Below, piece by piece: positions 10,415-18,688 of a DNA stretch of 33,685 nucleotides (positions are counted from its first letter, which is position 1; each line of letters begins with the position of its first letter). The notes under the pieces were generated by a model. It was not told the DNA's origin. It worked only from the letters and a program-made list of their open reading frames with translations, and did not search any database. The translations under genes and the position numbers were made by a program. Where the stretch lies: sequence record SRR2962707_1510. One strand, 5' to 3'.

Positions 10415-11535
10415 GCACGAAACCCGCGGATGTCGCCATTATCGGCGGTGGTCTGCACGGATGTTCGGCAGCGCTGCATCTGGCGCTTCGTGGCCGCTCG
10501 GTGGTGGTTATCGAACCTTACCACCCAGGCCGTTTCGCATCCGGGGTCAATGCCGGCGGGGTGCGGCGTCTCAGCCGGCATCATGCCGAAATCCCGCTTG
10601 CGGAAGCATCTCTGGAAATCTGGAACGATATAAAGTCCCTCGTCGACGACGACTGTGATTTTCACGCCTGCGGGCAGCTCAAGATCGCGGAATCTGACGC
10701 CGATATGGAAAAGCTTGAGGCCCGGGCCCGCGAAGTCCGTGACCTCGGCTATGATCACGAAGTCCCCATCGGGCGGGATAAATTACTGGAACTGGTGCCG
10801 GATGTTCATCCGCGGGCCGTCGGCGGCCTGTGGTGTGAAGGAGATGGTGCAGCGGACCCGATGCGCACGACCCAGGCATTTTATAAAAAGGCGAAAGCGC
10901 TGGGTGTCGATTTCAGGCTCGGCAGCAAAGTCACGGGTCTGCGTAAACAGGCCGGGACCTGGCACGTTGAAACGGACAAGGGCACGGTCACAAGCGGGCA
11001 AGTGCTGAACTGCGCCGGGGCATGGGGTGACCGGATCGCGGGCTGGCTCGGCGACGATGTGGAACTGCAGGCGCACGCGCTGACGATGATGGTCACGGAA
11101 CGCGTCCGGCCTTTCCTGAAACCGGTTTGCGGTCTGGCATCGCGAAAGCTGTCATTCAAACAGACATCTTCGGGGACTCTGCTGATCGGCGGTGCACATC
11201 TGGGATATGCGGACCGTGACCGGGGGATTGCGGAACCGGACCCGGTCAAGATGTCATTGTCGGCGGCAACGGTCAGCGATGCCTTTCCGCTGGTCCGTAA
11301 CGTCCGTGTCGCCCGCAGCTGGGCGGGTCTGGAAGGCGTGACCCCGGATCAGATCCCGGTCATCGGGCCAAGCGCATCCGCCGACGGCGCTTTCCATGCG
11401 TTCGGCTTTTCCGCACACGGTTTCCAATTGGGCCCGGTCGTCGGCCGGATCATGGCCGAGCTGATTGTCGACGGAAAAACCAATCTGCCGATTGCGCCTT
11501 TTGATGTCTCGCGGTTTCCGCGCCGTGCTGCCTGA
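10411..11535 (+). CDS. FAD-dependent oxidoreductase, DAO / sarcosine-oxidase-beta / opine-oxidase-B family
   Basis: GGGLHG dinucleotide fold, ASGVNAGG, CAGAW, RSWAGLEGVTPDQIPVIG, GFSAHGFQLGPVVG; GTGA overlap with otnC. Confidence 0.9.
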   Translation: MSTKPADVAIIGGGLHGCSAALHLALRGRSVVVIEPYHPGRFASGVNAGGVRRLSRHHAEIPLAEASLEIWNDIKSLVDDDCDFHACGQLKIAESDADMEKLEARAREVRDLGYDHEVPIGRDKLLELVPDVHPRAVGGLWCEGDGAADPMRTTQAFYKKAKALGVDFRLGSKVTGLRKQAGTWHVETDKGTVTSGQVLNCAGAWGDRIAGWLGDDVELQAHALTMMVTERVRPFLKPVCGLASRKLSFKQTSSGTLLIGGAHLGYADRDRGIAEPDPVKMSLSAATVSDAFPLVRNVRVARSWAGLEGVTPDQIPVIGPSASADGAFHAFGFSAHGFQLGPVVGRIMAELIVDGKTNLPIAPFDVSRFPRRAA

Positions 11536-11645
11536 TTTACGCATGGCAGATGCCGCGAGCTTCGCATAGCGCCCAGGGAAATATGCATGTAAGGTATGTC
11601 TATGGGGAGGTGACATAAGAACATAGACTAAGACGGAAAGCTGTT

Positions 11646-14501
11646 ATGGAAACGGGCCCTAATCATCGAGCGTCAGCTGAGCCAAATGTCCGAGACGCCC
11701 GGCAAAAAGCACTGCTTTGGGGCATCGCGATCACAGGCCTTGTCGTGACGTTGCTGTTGTCCTACGGCGTTTTGGAAAGTGTCCGCAAAGGGCATTCCGC
11801 AGAAATCCAAAGCCGCGTAACGGATCTCGTCGGACGGGTTGAAACCGAATTCAATGTAGAGACAACGTCGCTCAAGGCTTTGCAGGCCTTTGTGCAATCC
11901 GCGCCGGACGCCGGCGATGAAGCTTTTGTCGGCTTTGCGGATAGTCTCCATGAAGCCGGGATAGGTGCCGTCGCTTATGGGATGGCTGTGCGGCGGGATG
12001 ATCTCGACCCGGGTGAACCGGGTGCTTTCCGGGTCATCAGAATAGACCCTTTTGTGGGTATCCCGGAACTGATGGATGAGAATTTGATGGCTTCGCCTCA
12101 GGTGGCGAAGGCGCTTCTGTCCAGCATTGATCGCGGCAGAATACAGCTCAGCGAGCCTCTTTCTGAAAGTGTTGCCGGTGATACCCCGTATCTCACCCTC
12201 GCGATTGCGCCGGTTTTCTCGCAGGGAATTCGAAACATTCAGGTTGAGCAGCGCAGGGAAAATGCCAAAGCGGTGGTATTTTCGGTCCTCGATCTTCAGG
12301 GCATGATCGGTCATGTGGTCCGGACCAGTTCCTATGCCGGCATGATCGCGGATGGATACCTGGGGATGGAAGTCATCAATCAGCGTGATTCCGGTTCGGG
12401 TATGGCGTTTTTCCGGACAGCGAATTTCGCTCAGCTCATATCCCCCGGCAATGATGCGTGGCTGCATGAAGTCCTGATCAGCGAACGCGAGATGAAACTT
12501 GCACAGGGGACCGTAAAATTCCGGATGGCGTTCGATACCCGCGGTGCCGGTTACGCTCCTTATCTGGCGTCTCTCACGATCCTGTTGATTGGTCTGATCC
12601 TGACGCTTGCCGCGTTGTTCTATGCCTGGTCCCGGACGCATTACGAACAACGGGTGAATGCACTTGTCCAGACACGTACCCGGGCACTCGAAAAAAGCGA
12701 GCAGCGGTTCCATGACATGGCCGAAGTCTCGGCGGACTGGTTCTGGGAAATGGATAGTGATCTCAGGTTTTCATACCTGTCGGATCGTTTCGAACAGGTC
12801 ACCGGGATGGATCGCGATGACTTCATGTGGAAGACCCGCGAAGAAGCGGCCGGTGTGGATGATTTCAATACCAATGAAAACTGGCGGGGACATCTGGAAG
12901 ATATCCGGGCAAACCGCCCGTTTCATGACTTTCGATATCACGTCACACGCGATGACAATGTTTCGGAATACTTCTCGATCAGCGGCAAGCCGGTCTTTGA
13001 CAGTAAAGGGATATTCAAGGGATATCGCGGGACCGGCCGGGATGTCACCGCTGAAGCGCTGGCGCAACACAAACTGCGCCAAAGCGAAACCAGACTTCAG
13101 CGGAACGTCCGTCAGCTGGAATCTTCCCGGCAGGAACTGGAGGAAAGTACCGCGATGATGGCGGAGCTTGCCGAAAGATACGCCGTCGAGAAAGACAGGG
13201 CAGAAGCGTCCGAGCGCTCGAAATCGGAATTCCTGGCTTCCATGAGCCATGAAATCAGAACCCCGATGACGGGTGTGATGGGCTTTGCGGACATGTTGCT
13301 GGACAGCAGTCTGGCGCCCGAGGACCGGGAAAAGGTGCTCAAGATCAAGGGCGCGACGCAAAACCTGCTGACAATCATCAATGATATTCTGGATTTGTCG
13401 AAGCTCGATGCCGGGCGGCTCAAAATCGAAAACCTCGATTTCAATATGAAAACGGCGATCGAGGAAGTGCTCGATCTGGTTCGCGAACGCGCCCGCCTCA
13501 AGAACCTGAAGCTCAATGTTGAATTCCCTGATGATATGGGTGTCGGGATGCATGGCGATCCGACCCGCTTCAGACAGATTCTGATCAACCTCGTCGGGAA
13601 CGCGGTCAAATTCACGCATGACGGCAGCGTCACTATCAAGGCGCGGATCATCGGTCAGGAACCGACGGCTTCCGTAGAATTCAAGGTCATCGACACCGGG
13701 ATCGGCATTTCCAAGGAGAACAGCAAAAAACTGTTTTTCGATTTCTCGCAGGCGGACTCATCCATCTCCCGGCATTACGAAGGGACAGGTCTGGGATTAT
13801 CGATTTCAAAACGGCTGGTCGAACTGATGGGCGGCCGGATCTGGGTCGACAGCAAGGTCGGGGAGGGAAGCGAATTCTGTTTCACGCTGCCCTTCGTCAA
13901 AGCGACAACCGATGTGACGAACATTTCCCGCCTTCACGCCGTCGAGAGATTTGAAACGAAGCATGCTCTGAACATCCTCATTGCCGAGGACAACAAGCTC
14001 AACCAGCGGATTATCGTGGCGACACTGGACAAGTTCGGGCACCAGTCGACCGTCGTCGAAGATGGCGAGCAGGCGGTTCAGCAGGTCGACAAGGGGGATT
14101 ACGACTTGATACTGATGGATATCCGGATGCCGGAAATGAGCGGGCCTGATGCCGCCCGGATTATCCGTGCGCGTAATGACCGTTATGCCATGATCCCGAT
14201 CATCGCATTGACTGCCGATGCCATGGAAGAACACATTCGGGGATATCTGGATGCCGGCATGAATGCCTGTGTCACCAAGCCCATTGACCGGGCGGTGCTG
14301 GCGGTGACTATCAATGATGTCCTGGGCGAGGAAATTCACATTCCGGCTACAACAGCGGGGAACGAAATTGTTTTGCAATCGGGTGATCCATCCGGTCAGG
14401 GTCCGTCCGATCAGCAGGACGTCATCAACGTGACCGATTTTCTAAAAGAGCTTGATGAGGTCGCTGAGGAAATCGAGCGGAACAAGAGGTCCGGTTCATG
14501 A
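11646..14501 (+). CDS. Hybrid sensor histidine kinase (TM-CHASE-like-TM-PAS-HisKA-HATPase-REC)
   Basis: Two TM helices around a periplasmic domain, PAS (DWFWEMD...GYRGTGRDVT), H-box SHEIRTP, N-box NLVGNAVKFT, G boxes DTGIG and GTGLGL, receiver DLILMDIRMP...KP. Confidence 0.93.
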   Translation: METGPNHRASAEPNVRDARQKALLWGIAITGLVVTLLLSYGVLESVRKGHSAEIQSRVTDLVGRVETEFNVETTSLKALQAFVQSAPDAGDEAFVGFADSLHEAGIGAVAYGMAVRRDDLDPGEPGAFRVIRIDPFVGIPELMDENLMASPQVAKALLSSIDRGRIQLSEPLSESVAGDTPYLTLAIAPVFSQGIRNIQVEQRRENAKAVVFSVLDLQGMIGHVVRTSSYAGMIADGYLGMEVINQRDSGSGMAFFRTANFAQLISPGNDAWLHEVLISEREMKLAQGTVKFRMAFDTRGAGYAPYLASLTILLIGLILTLAALFYAWSRTHYEQRVNALVQTRTRALEKSEQRFHDMAEVSADWFWEMDSDLRFSYLSDRFEQVTGMDRDDFMWKTREEAAGVDDFNTNENWRGHLEDIRANRPFHDFRYHVTRDDNVSEYFSISGKPVFDSKGIFKGYRGTGRDVTAEALAQHKLRQSETRLQRNVRQLESSRQELEESTAMMAELAERYAVEKDRAEASERSKSEFLASMSHEIRTPMTGVMGFADMLLDSSLAPEDREKVLKIKGATQNLLTIINDILDLSKLDAGRLKIENLDFNMKTAIEEVLDLVRERARLKNLKLNVEFPDDMGVGMHGDPTRFRQILINLVGNAVKFTHDGSVTIKARIIGQEPTASVEFKVIDTGIGISKENSKKLFFDFSQADSSISRHYEGTGLGLSISKRLVELMGGRIWVDSKVGEGSEFCFTLPFVKATTDVTNISRLHAVERFETKHALNILIAEDNKLNQRIIVATLDKFGHQSTVVEDGEQAVQQVDKGDYDLILMDIRMPEMSGPDAARIIRARNDRYAMIPIIALTADAMEEHIRGYLDAGMNACVTKPIDRAVLAVTINDVLGEEIHIPATTAGNEIVLQSGDPSGQGPSDQQDVINVTDFLKELDEVAEEIERNKRSGS

Positions 14502-14947
14502 GAATCATCCCCGATGTGGTCCGCGAGCAGAACCTTCTGGTGGCCCGGGCCGGCGACAACGCCCGGCAGGTCGCTAAAGCGATGGTCAACCGGAAGATTT
14601 CATCGATCCTCGTCCTTGATGACGACGGCAGATTGGTCGGGATCATCACGGAACGCGACCTCACCCGGTGCTTTGCCGTCGAGGGGGTTGATCCGCAAAC
14701 GACGACAGCGGGCGACATCATGACGGTCGAAGTCGAAACCCTGTCACCGGAGGATTCCGCATTTGCCGCGCTCGAGCTGATGGAGCTGCGGCATTTCCGG
14801 CATCTGCCTGTGGTCGATGCCGATAACAGGCCGCTCGGCATCGTTTCGATCCGTGATCTGTATGCGGTGGTAACTCGTGAATCGCGGAACGTGCTGGCGA
14901 AAACCCAGGCGTATCTGTTTGACGACCGCTACAATCCCGAGATGTAG
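14498..14947 (+). CDS. CBS-domain-pair protein
   Basis: LVGIITERDL, MT..VETLSP, FRHLPVVD...GIVSIRDL; ATGA overlap with the kinase. Confidence 0.9.
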   Translation: MRIIPDVVREQNLLVARAGDNARQVAKAMVNRKISSILVLDDDGRLVGIITERDLTRCFAVEGVDPQTTTAGDIMTVEVETLSPEDSAFAALELMELRHFRHLPVVDADNRPLGIVSIRDLYAVVTRESRNVLAKTQAYLFDDRYNPEM

Positions 14948-14954
14948 ACGCTGC

Positions 14955-15278
14955 TCAGACTTCCGGGCGGCCTTTGGCCATGTCGTAGTCGCGCATGACG
15001 TTTGCGACCCTGATCCGGTAATCCCTGAAAATACCGTCCCGGCCCTGATTTTGCGCACCACTATGACCGGCGTGCGCATACCATGCATTCACCGCGTCCT
15101 CGTCGCGCCAAAAAGACAGTGACAGGAACTTGCCGGGCTCGGTTACGCTCTCGAAGCGTTCGACAGAGATGAAGCCGTCGATCTTTTCAAGTTCGGATTT
15201 CAACGACATGGCGAGCTGGAAATAATCGTCGGAACGGCCTTCCGCAGGCCAAACTTCGAATATCACGGCCAGCATCAT
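14955..15278 (-). CDS. Antibiotic-biosynthesis-monooxygenase (ABM) family protein
   Basis: AVIFEVWP...DGFISVERFES...LSLSFWRDE...H..AQ..GR..IF.DYRIRVA; TAATG coupling to the upstream hydratase. Confidence 0.88.
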   Translation of the reverse strand: MMLAVIFEVWPAEGRSDDYFQLAMSLKSELEKIDGFISVERFESVTEPGKFLSLSFWRDEDAVNAWYAHAGHSGAQNQGRDGIFRDYRIRVANVMRDYDMAKGRPEV

Positions 15279-16084
15279 TATTTCCCTTTGAATTCGGGTT
15301 TGCGCTTCTCATTGAAGGCCCGCACACCTTCAAGCCGGTCTTCCGAGCCGATAACGCTCTGATAACAGGCGATTTCGAAATCGTAGCCGGTTTTCAGATC
15401 GGTCGACTGCGAGGCCTGCACCGCATTGTTCGCCTGCTGAATCGCAATCGGGGCATTCGCCGCAATCGCCGAGGCAACGTCGAGCGCATCATCCAGCAGT
15501 GTGTCCGGCTCGCACAGCCGGTTGACCAGCCCCCAGGCTTCGGCCTGCTCGGCATTGAACGGACGGCCCGACAGGATCACTTCCTTGGCGCGGCGGACGC
15601 CGATGGCGCGGGGAAGATGCTGCGTGCCGGACGCGCCGGGCATGATGCCGATGGTGACTTCGGTAAAGGCAAAGCGTGCCCCCGGGACGGCATACAGGAA
15701 ATCCGCATTGAGCGCGATTTCCAGGCCGCCGGCATAGGCGGCGCCGTTGACGGCACCGATGATCGGTACAGGGCAATCGATCATGGCACGGATCATCTGC
15801 TCGAACAGCGCGTGCTGCTGGCGCCAGGTGTCATCGCTCATGCCGTTGCGTTCCTTGAGGTCGGCCCCGGCGCAGAAAGCCCGGTCGCCGCTGCCGGTCA
15901 GGACAACGGCACGGCACTGTGCGGGATTGACGTAAAGGGCGCTCCACAACTGCAGCATCTCGCGCCCCATCTGCGTGTTGAACGCATTGCGGACTTCGGG
16001 CCGGTTCAGGGTTACGAGCATCACATGATCGGCGGGGCGGCTGATCTCAAGCGTTTCAAATTTCAGGTCTTCAACCTGCGTCAC
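15278..16084 (-). CDS. Enoyl-CoA hydratase/isomerase (crotonase) family protein
   Basis: TLNRPEVRNA, AFCAGADLKE, AVNGAAYAGGLEIA, TEVTIGIMPG, EGVRAFNEKRKPEFKG. GTG start at 16084 is preceded by GGAG. Confidence 0.92.
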   Translation of the reverse strand: MTQVEDLKFETLEISRPADHVMLVTLNRPEVRNAFNTQMGREMLQLWSALYVNPAQCRAVVLTGSGDRAFCAGADLKERNGMSDDTWRQQHALFEQMIRAMIDCPVPIIGAVNGAAYAGGLEIALNADFLYAVPGARFAFTEVTIGIMPGASGTQHLPRAIGVRRAKEVILSGRPFNAEQAEAWGLVNRLCEPDTLLDDALDVASAIAANAPIAIQQANNAVQASQSTDLKTGYDFEIACYQSVIGSEDRLEGVRAFNEKRKPEFKGK

Positions 16085-16109
16085 GGCGTTTCTCCGATAT
16101 GGGGGTGGG

Positions 16110-17321
16110 TCAGGCGGCGATTTCCAGGCGCAGGTCTTTCCAGACGGCGCAGAGAGCAATCACCAGATCATCCATCAACTGATCGTCATGCAGCGGCGTC
16201 GGGGTGATCCGCAGCCGTTCCGTCCCCTTGGGTACGGTCGGATAATTGATCGGCTGGATATACACGCCATGCTGTTCCAGGAGCATGTCGGTCGCTTCCT
16301 TGCAGAGCACGGGATCGCCGACAAACACCGGAACGATGTGGGTGACGGACGGCATTACCGGCAGTCCCGCCTGGCGGAGCCGTTTCTTGAGTTCTGCAGC
16401 GCGTTCCTGGTGACGGACCCTGAGGTCGTTGTGGGCGCGGACATGACGGACGTTTGCCAGGGCTGCCGCGGCAACGGGCGGCGCGATGGTGGTGGTAAAG
16501 ATGAAGCCGCTCGCGGTCAGTCGAATGGCATCGATCAGTGTCGCCGAACCGGTGACGTAACCGCCCATGGTGCCGAAGGCCTTCGCCAGCGTGCCTTCGA
16601 TGATGTCGACACGGTGCTGGACGTCATCGCGTTCAGATATGCCGCCGCCGGTTTCGCCATACAGGCCGACGGCGTGGACTTCGTCGAGATAGGTCATCGC
16701 CCCATAGGTTTCAGCGAGATCGCAGATCTGGCCGATCGGCGCGATATCGCCGTCCATCGAGTAGACGCTCTCAAAAACGATCAGTTTCGGCGCTCCCGCC
16801 GGGGCGGCAGCCAGAAGCTGTTCCAGATGTTCCAGGTCGTTGTGGCGGAAGATGTGCTTCGTCGCACCGGAATGCCGCACGCCGTCGATCATCGAGGCGT
16901 GATTCATGGCATCCGAAAAGATGATGCACCCCGGCAGCATCTTGGCGACGGTGGAGATTGTCGCATCGTTGGACACGAAGCCGGACGTGAACAGCAGGGC
17001 AGCTTCCTTGTTGTGAAGCTTCGCCAGTTCTTCTTCGAGTTCGACCAGCAAATGCGTGGTCCCGGATATGTTTCGCGTTCCGCCCGACCCGACACCATAA
17101 GTGCCGGCTGCTTTCGTGGCAGCGTCGATGGCATCGGGGTTCTGACCCATCCCCAGGTAGTCGTTCGAGCACCAGATAACGACAGGATGTTCTTTGCCGT
17201 CGCGGTAATTCACGGCATGGGGGAATCGCCCCGCTTCCCGCTTCAGATCGGCAAAAACCCTGTATCTGCCGTCTTCACGGACGCCGTCAACGACGGCGCG
17301 AAAGCGCTGCTCGTAATCCAT
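16110..17321 (-). CDS. hemA: 5-aminolevulinate synthase
   Basis: [64 protein letters not shown] (PLP lysine), [19 protein letters not shown] 17321 has a GGAG RBS. Confidence 0.97.
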   Translation of the reverse strand: MDYEQRFRAVVDGVREDGRYRVFADLKREAGRFPHAVNYRDGKEHPVVIWCSNDYLGMGQNPDAIDAATKAAGTYGVGSGGTRNISGTTHLLVELEEELAKLHNKEAALLFTSGFVSNDATISTVAKMLPGCIIFSDAMNHASMIDGVRHSGATKHIFRHNDLEHLEQLLAAAPAGAPKLIVFESVYSMDGDIAPIGQICDLAETYGAMTYLDEVHAVGLYGETGGGISERDDVQHRVDIIEGTLAKAFGTMGGYVTGSATLIDAIRLTASGFIFTTTIAPPVAAAALANVRHVRAHNDLRVRHQERAAELKKRLRQAGLPVMPSVTHIVPVFVGDPVLCKEATDMLLEQHGVYIQPINYPTVPKGTERLRITPTPLHDDQLMDDLVIALCAVWKDLRLEIAA

Positions 17322-17367
17322 CAGTAGTTTGCTCCAACGAAAATGAATGTTCGGTATCGTACCGGGT

Positions 17368-17408
17368 AACATAGCCGGTGGCAGCCACGCCACCATGACA
17401 TAAATCAG
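17368..17408 (-). promoter_or_regulatory. Putative FNR/FixK-type box plus -10 element for hemA
   Basis: Minus-strand CTGAT-N4-GTCAT at 17408-17395 and TATGTT at 17373-17368; the spacing fits a class II promoter. Confidence 0.45.
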
Positions 17409-17518
17409 GTTTGCACTTTAATCGCCGGGCGGAACCGGAACAAGTGCGCGAACCATGCTGCGATGCGTTGAAATTCCGGGGGACGGATGTAATCTCTGCA
17501 TCCCACACGGAGGAAATA

Positions 17519-18688
17519 ATGGATTTTGACCTGACTGAAGAGCAACGGATGTTCATGGACGCCGTTGACGGATTTGCTGAGCGCCATCTCGCCGCCGATG
17601 CATTGAAACGTGCCCATGCGCAGGGCTTCCCCAAGGATGTTGCGAAATTGATGTCCGAGCAGGGACTGCTGGGGATCACCATGAAGGAAGAGGACGGCGG
17701 CCAGGGCGGCTCGCTGACCGATGCCGTGATTGCGATCCAGACCATCGCCAAGCATTGCCCGCGCAGCGCCGATGTGGTCCAGGCCGGGAACTTCGGCGCG
17801 GTCCGCGTGCTCGCCGAATACGGCACGGATGACCAGAAGGAACGCTATCTGAAACCGATCCTGGCCGGTGAGAAGGTGATCTCGGTGGCCATGTCGGAGC
17901 CGGAGGCAGGCTCCGCGCTGACCGATCTCAAGACCACGGCGACACCGGCGGATGACGGTGGCGTGCTTTTGAACGGTACCAAGGTATTCTCGACCCACAG
18001 CCCCGAAGCAGATCTGTTTCTGGTGTATTGCCGCTATGGGCCGGGGGTGAACGGCATCGGTTCGGTGCTTGTTGAACCGGATACGGCAGGTGTGACCCGT
18101 GGCCAGCCGGTGATGTATCTGGGGGGTGAGGAATGGTGTCAGATCTATTTTGAAGACGCCCATATTCCGGAACAGAACGTGCTTCTGCGTGAAGGCGGTT
18201 TCAAGCAGCAGATCGCCGGGTTCAATGTCGAGCGTCTGGGCAATTCATCGCGTGCCGTGGCACTCGGCCGATACGCCTTTGAAATGGCCCGGCATCACGC
18301 CATGGAACGCCAGCAGTTCGGCCGTCCCCTGTGCGAATTTCAGGGCCTGCAGTGGAAGTTCGCGGAAATGAAGTTGAAGCTGGAAGCAGCGCAACTGCTT
18401 TTGATGCGGGCTGCGACCAAGGCGGATCAGGGGTTCCCGTCGGCGGACGATACCGCACTGGCCAAGCTGGCCTGTAACCGGGCCGGCCACGAAGTTGCCA
18501 GCGAAGCGATGCAGATCATGGGCGCCGCCGGGTATTCGCAGGACTGCCTGATCGAATACTGTTTTCGCCGCACGCGGGGCTGGATGATCGCCGGCGGCTC
18601 GTCGGAAATGATGATGAACAGGATTGCCGAAGGTATCTTTGACCGGCGGTTTTCCCAACGGCCACCGAAAACCGACCAGAAGAAATAA
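17519..18688 (+). CDS. Acyl-CoA dehydrogenase family protein
   Basis: GGAGG RBS then ATG 17519; MDFDLTEEQ, AMSEPEAGS, LNGTKVF, RQQFGRPLCEFQGLQW, QIMGAAGY. Confidence 0.93.
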   Translation: MDFDLTEEQRMFMDAVDGFAERHLAADALKRAHAQGFPKDVAKLMSEQGLLGITMKEEDGGQGGSLTDAVIAIQTIAKHCPRSADVVQAGNFGAVRVLAEYGTDDQKERYLKPILAGEKVISVAMSEPEAGSALTDLKTTATPADDGGVLLNGTKVFSTHSPEADLFLVYCRYGPGVNGIGSVLVEPDTAGVTRGQPVMYLGGEEWCQIYFEDAHIPEQNVLLREGGFKQQIAGFNVERLGNSSRAVALGRYAFEMARHHAMERQQFGRPLCEFQGLQWKFAEMKLKLEAAQLLLMRAATKADQGFPSADDTALAKLACNRAGHEVASEAMQIMGAAGYSQDCLIEYCFRRTRGWMIAGGSSEMMMNRIAEGIFDRRFSQRPPKTDQKK

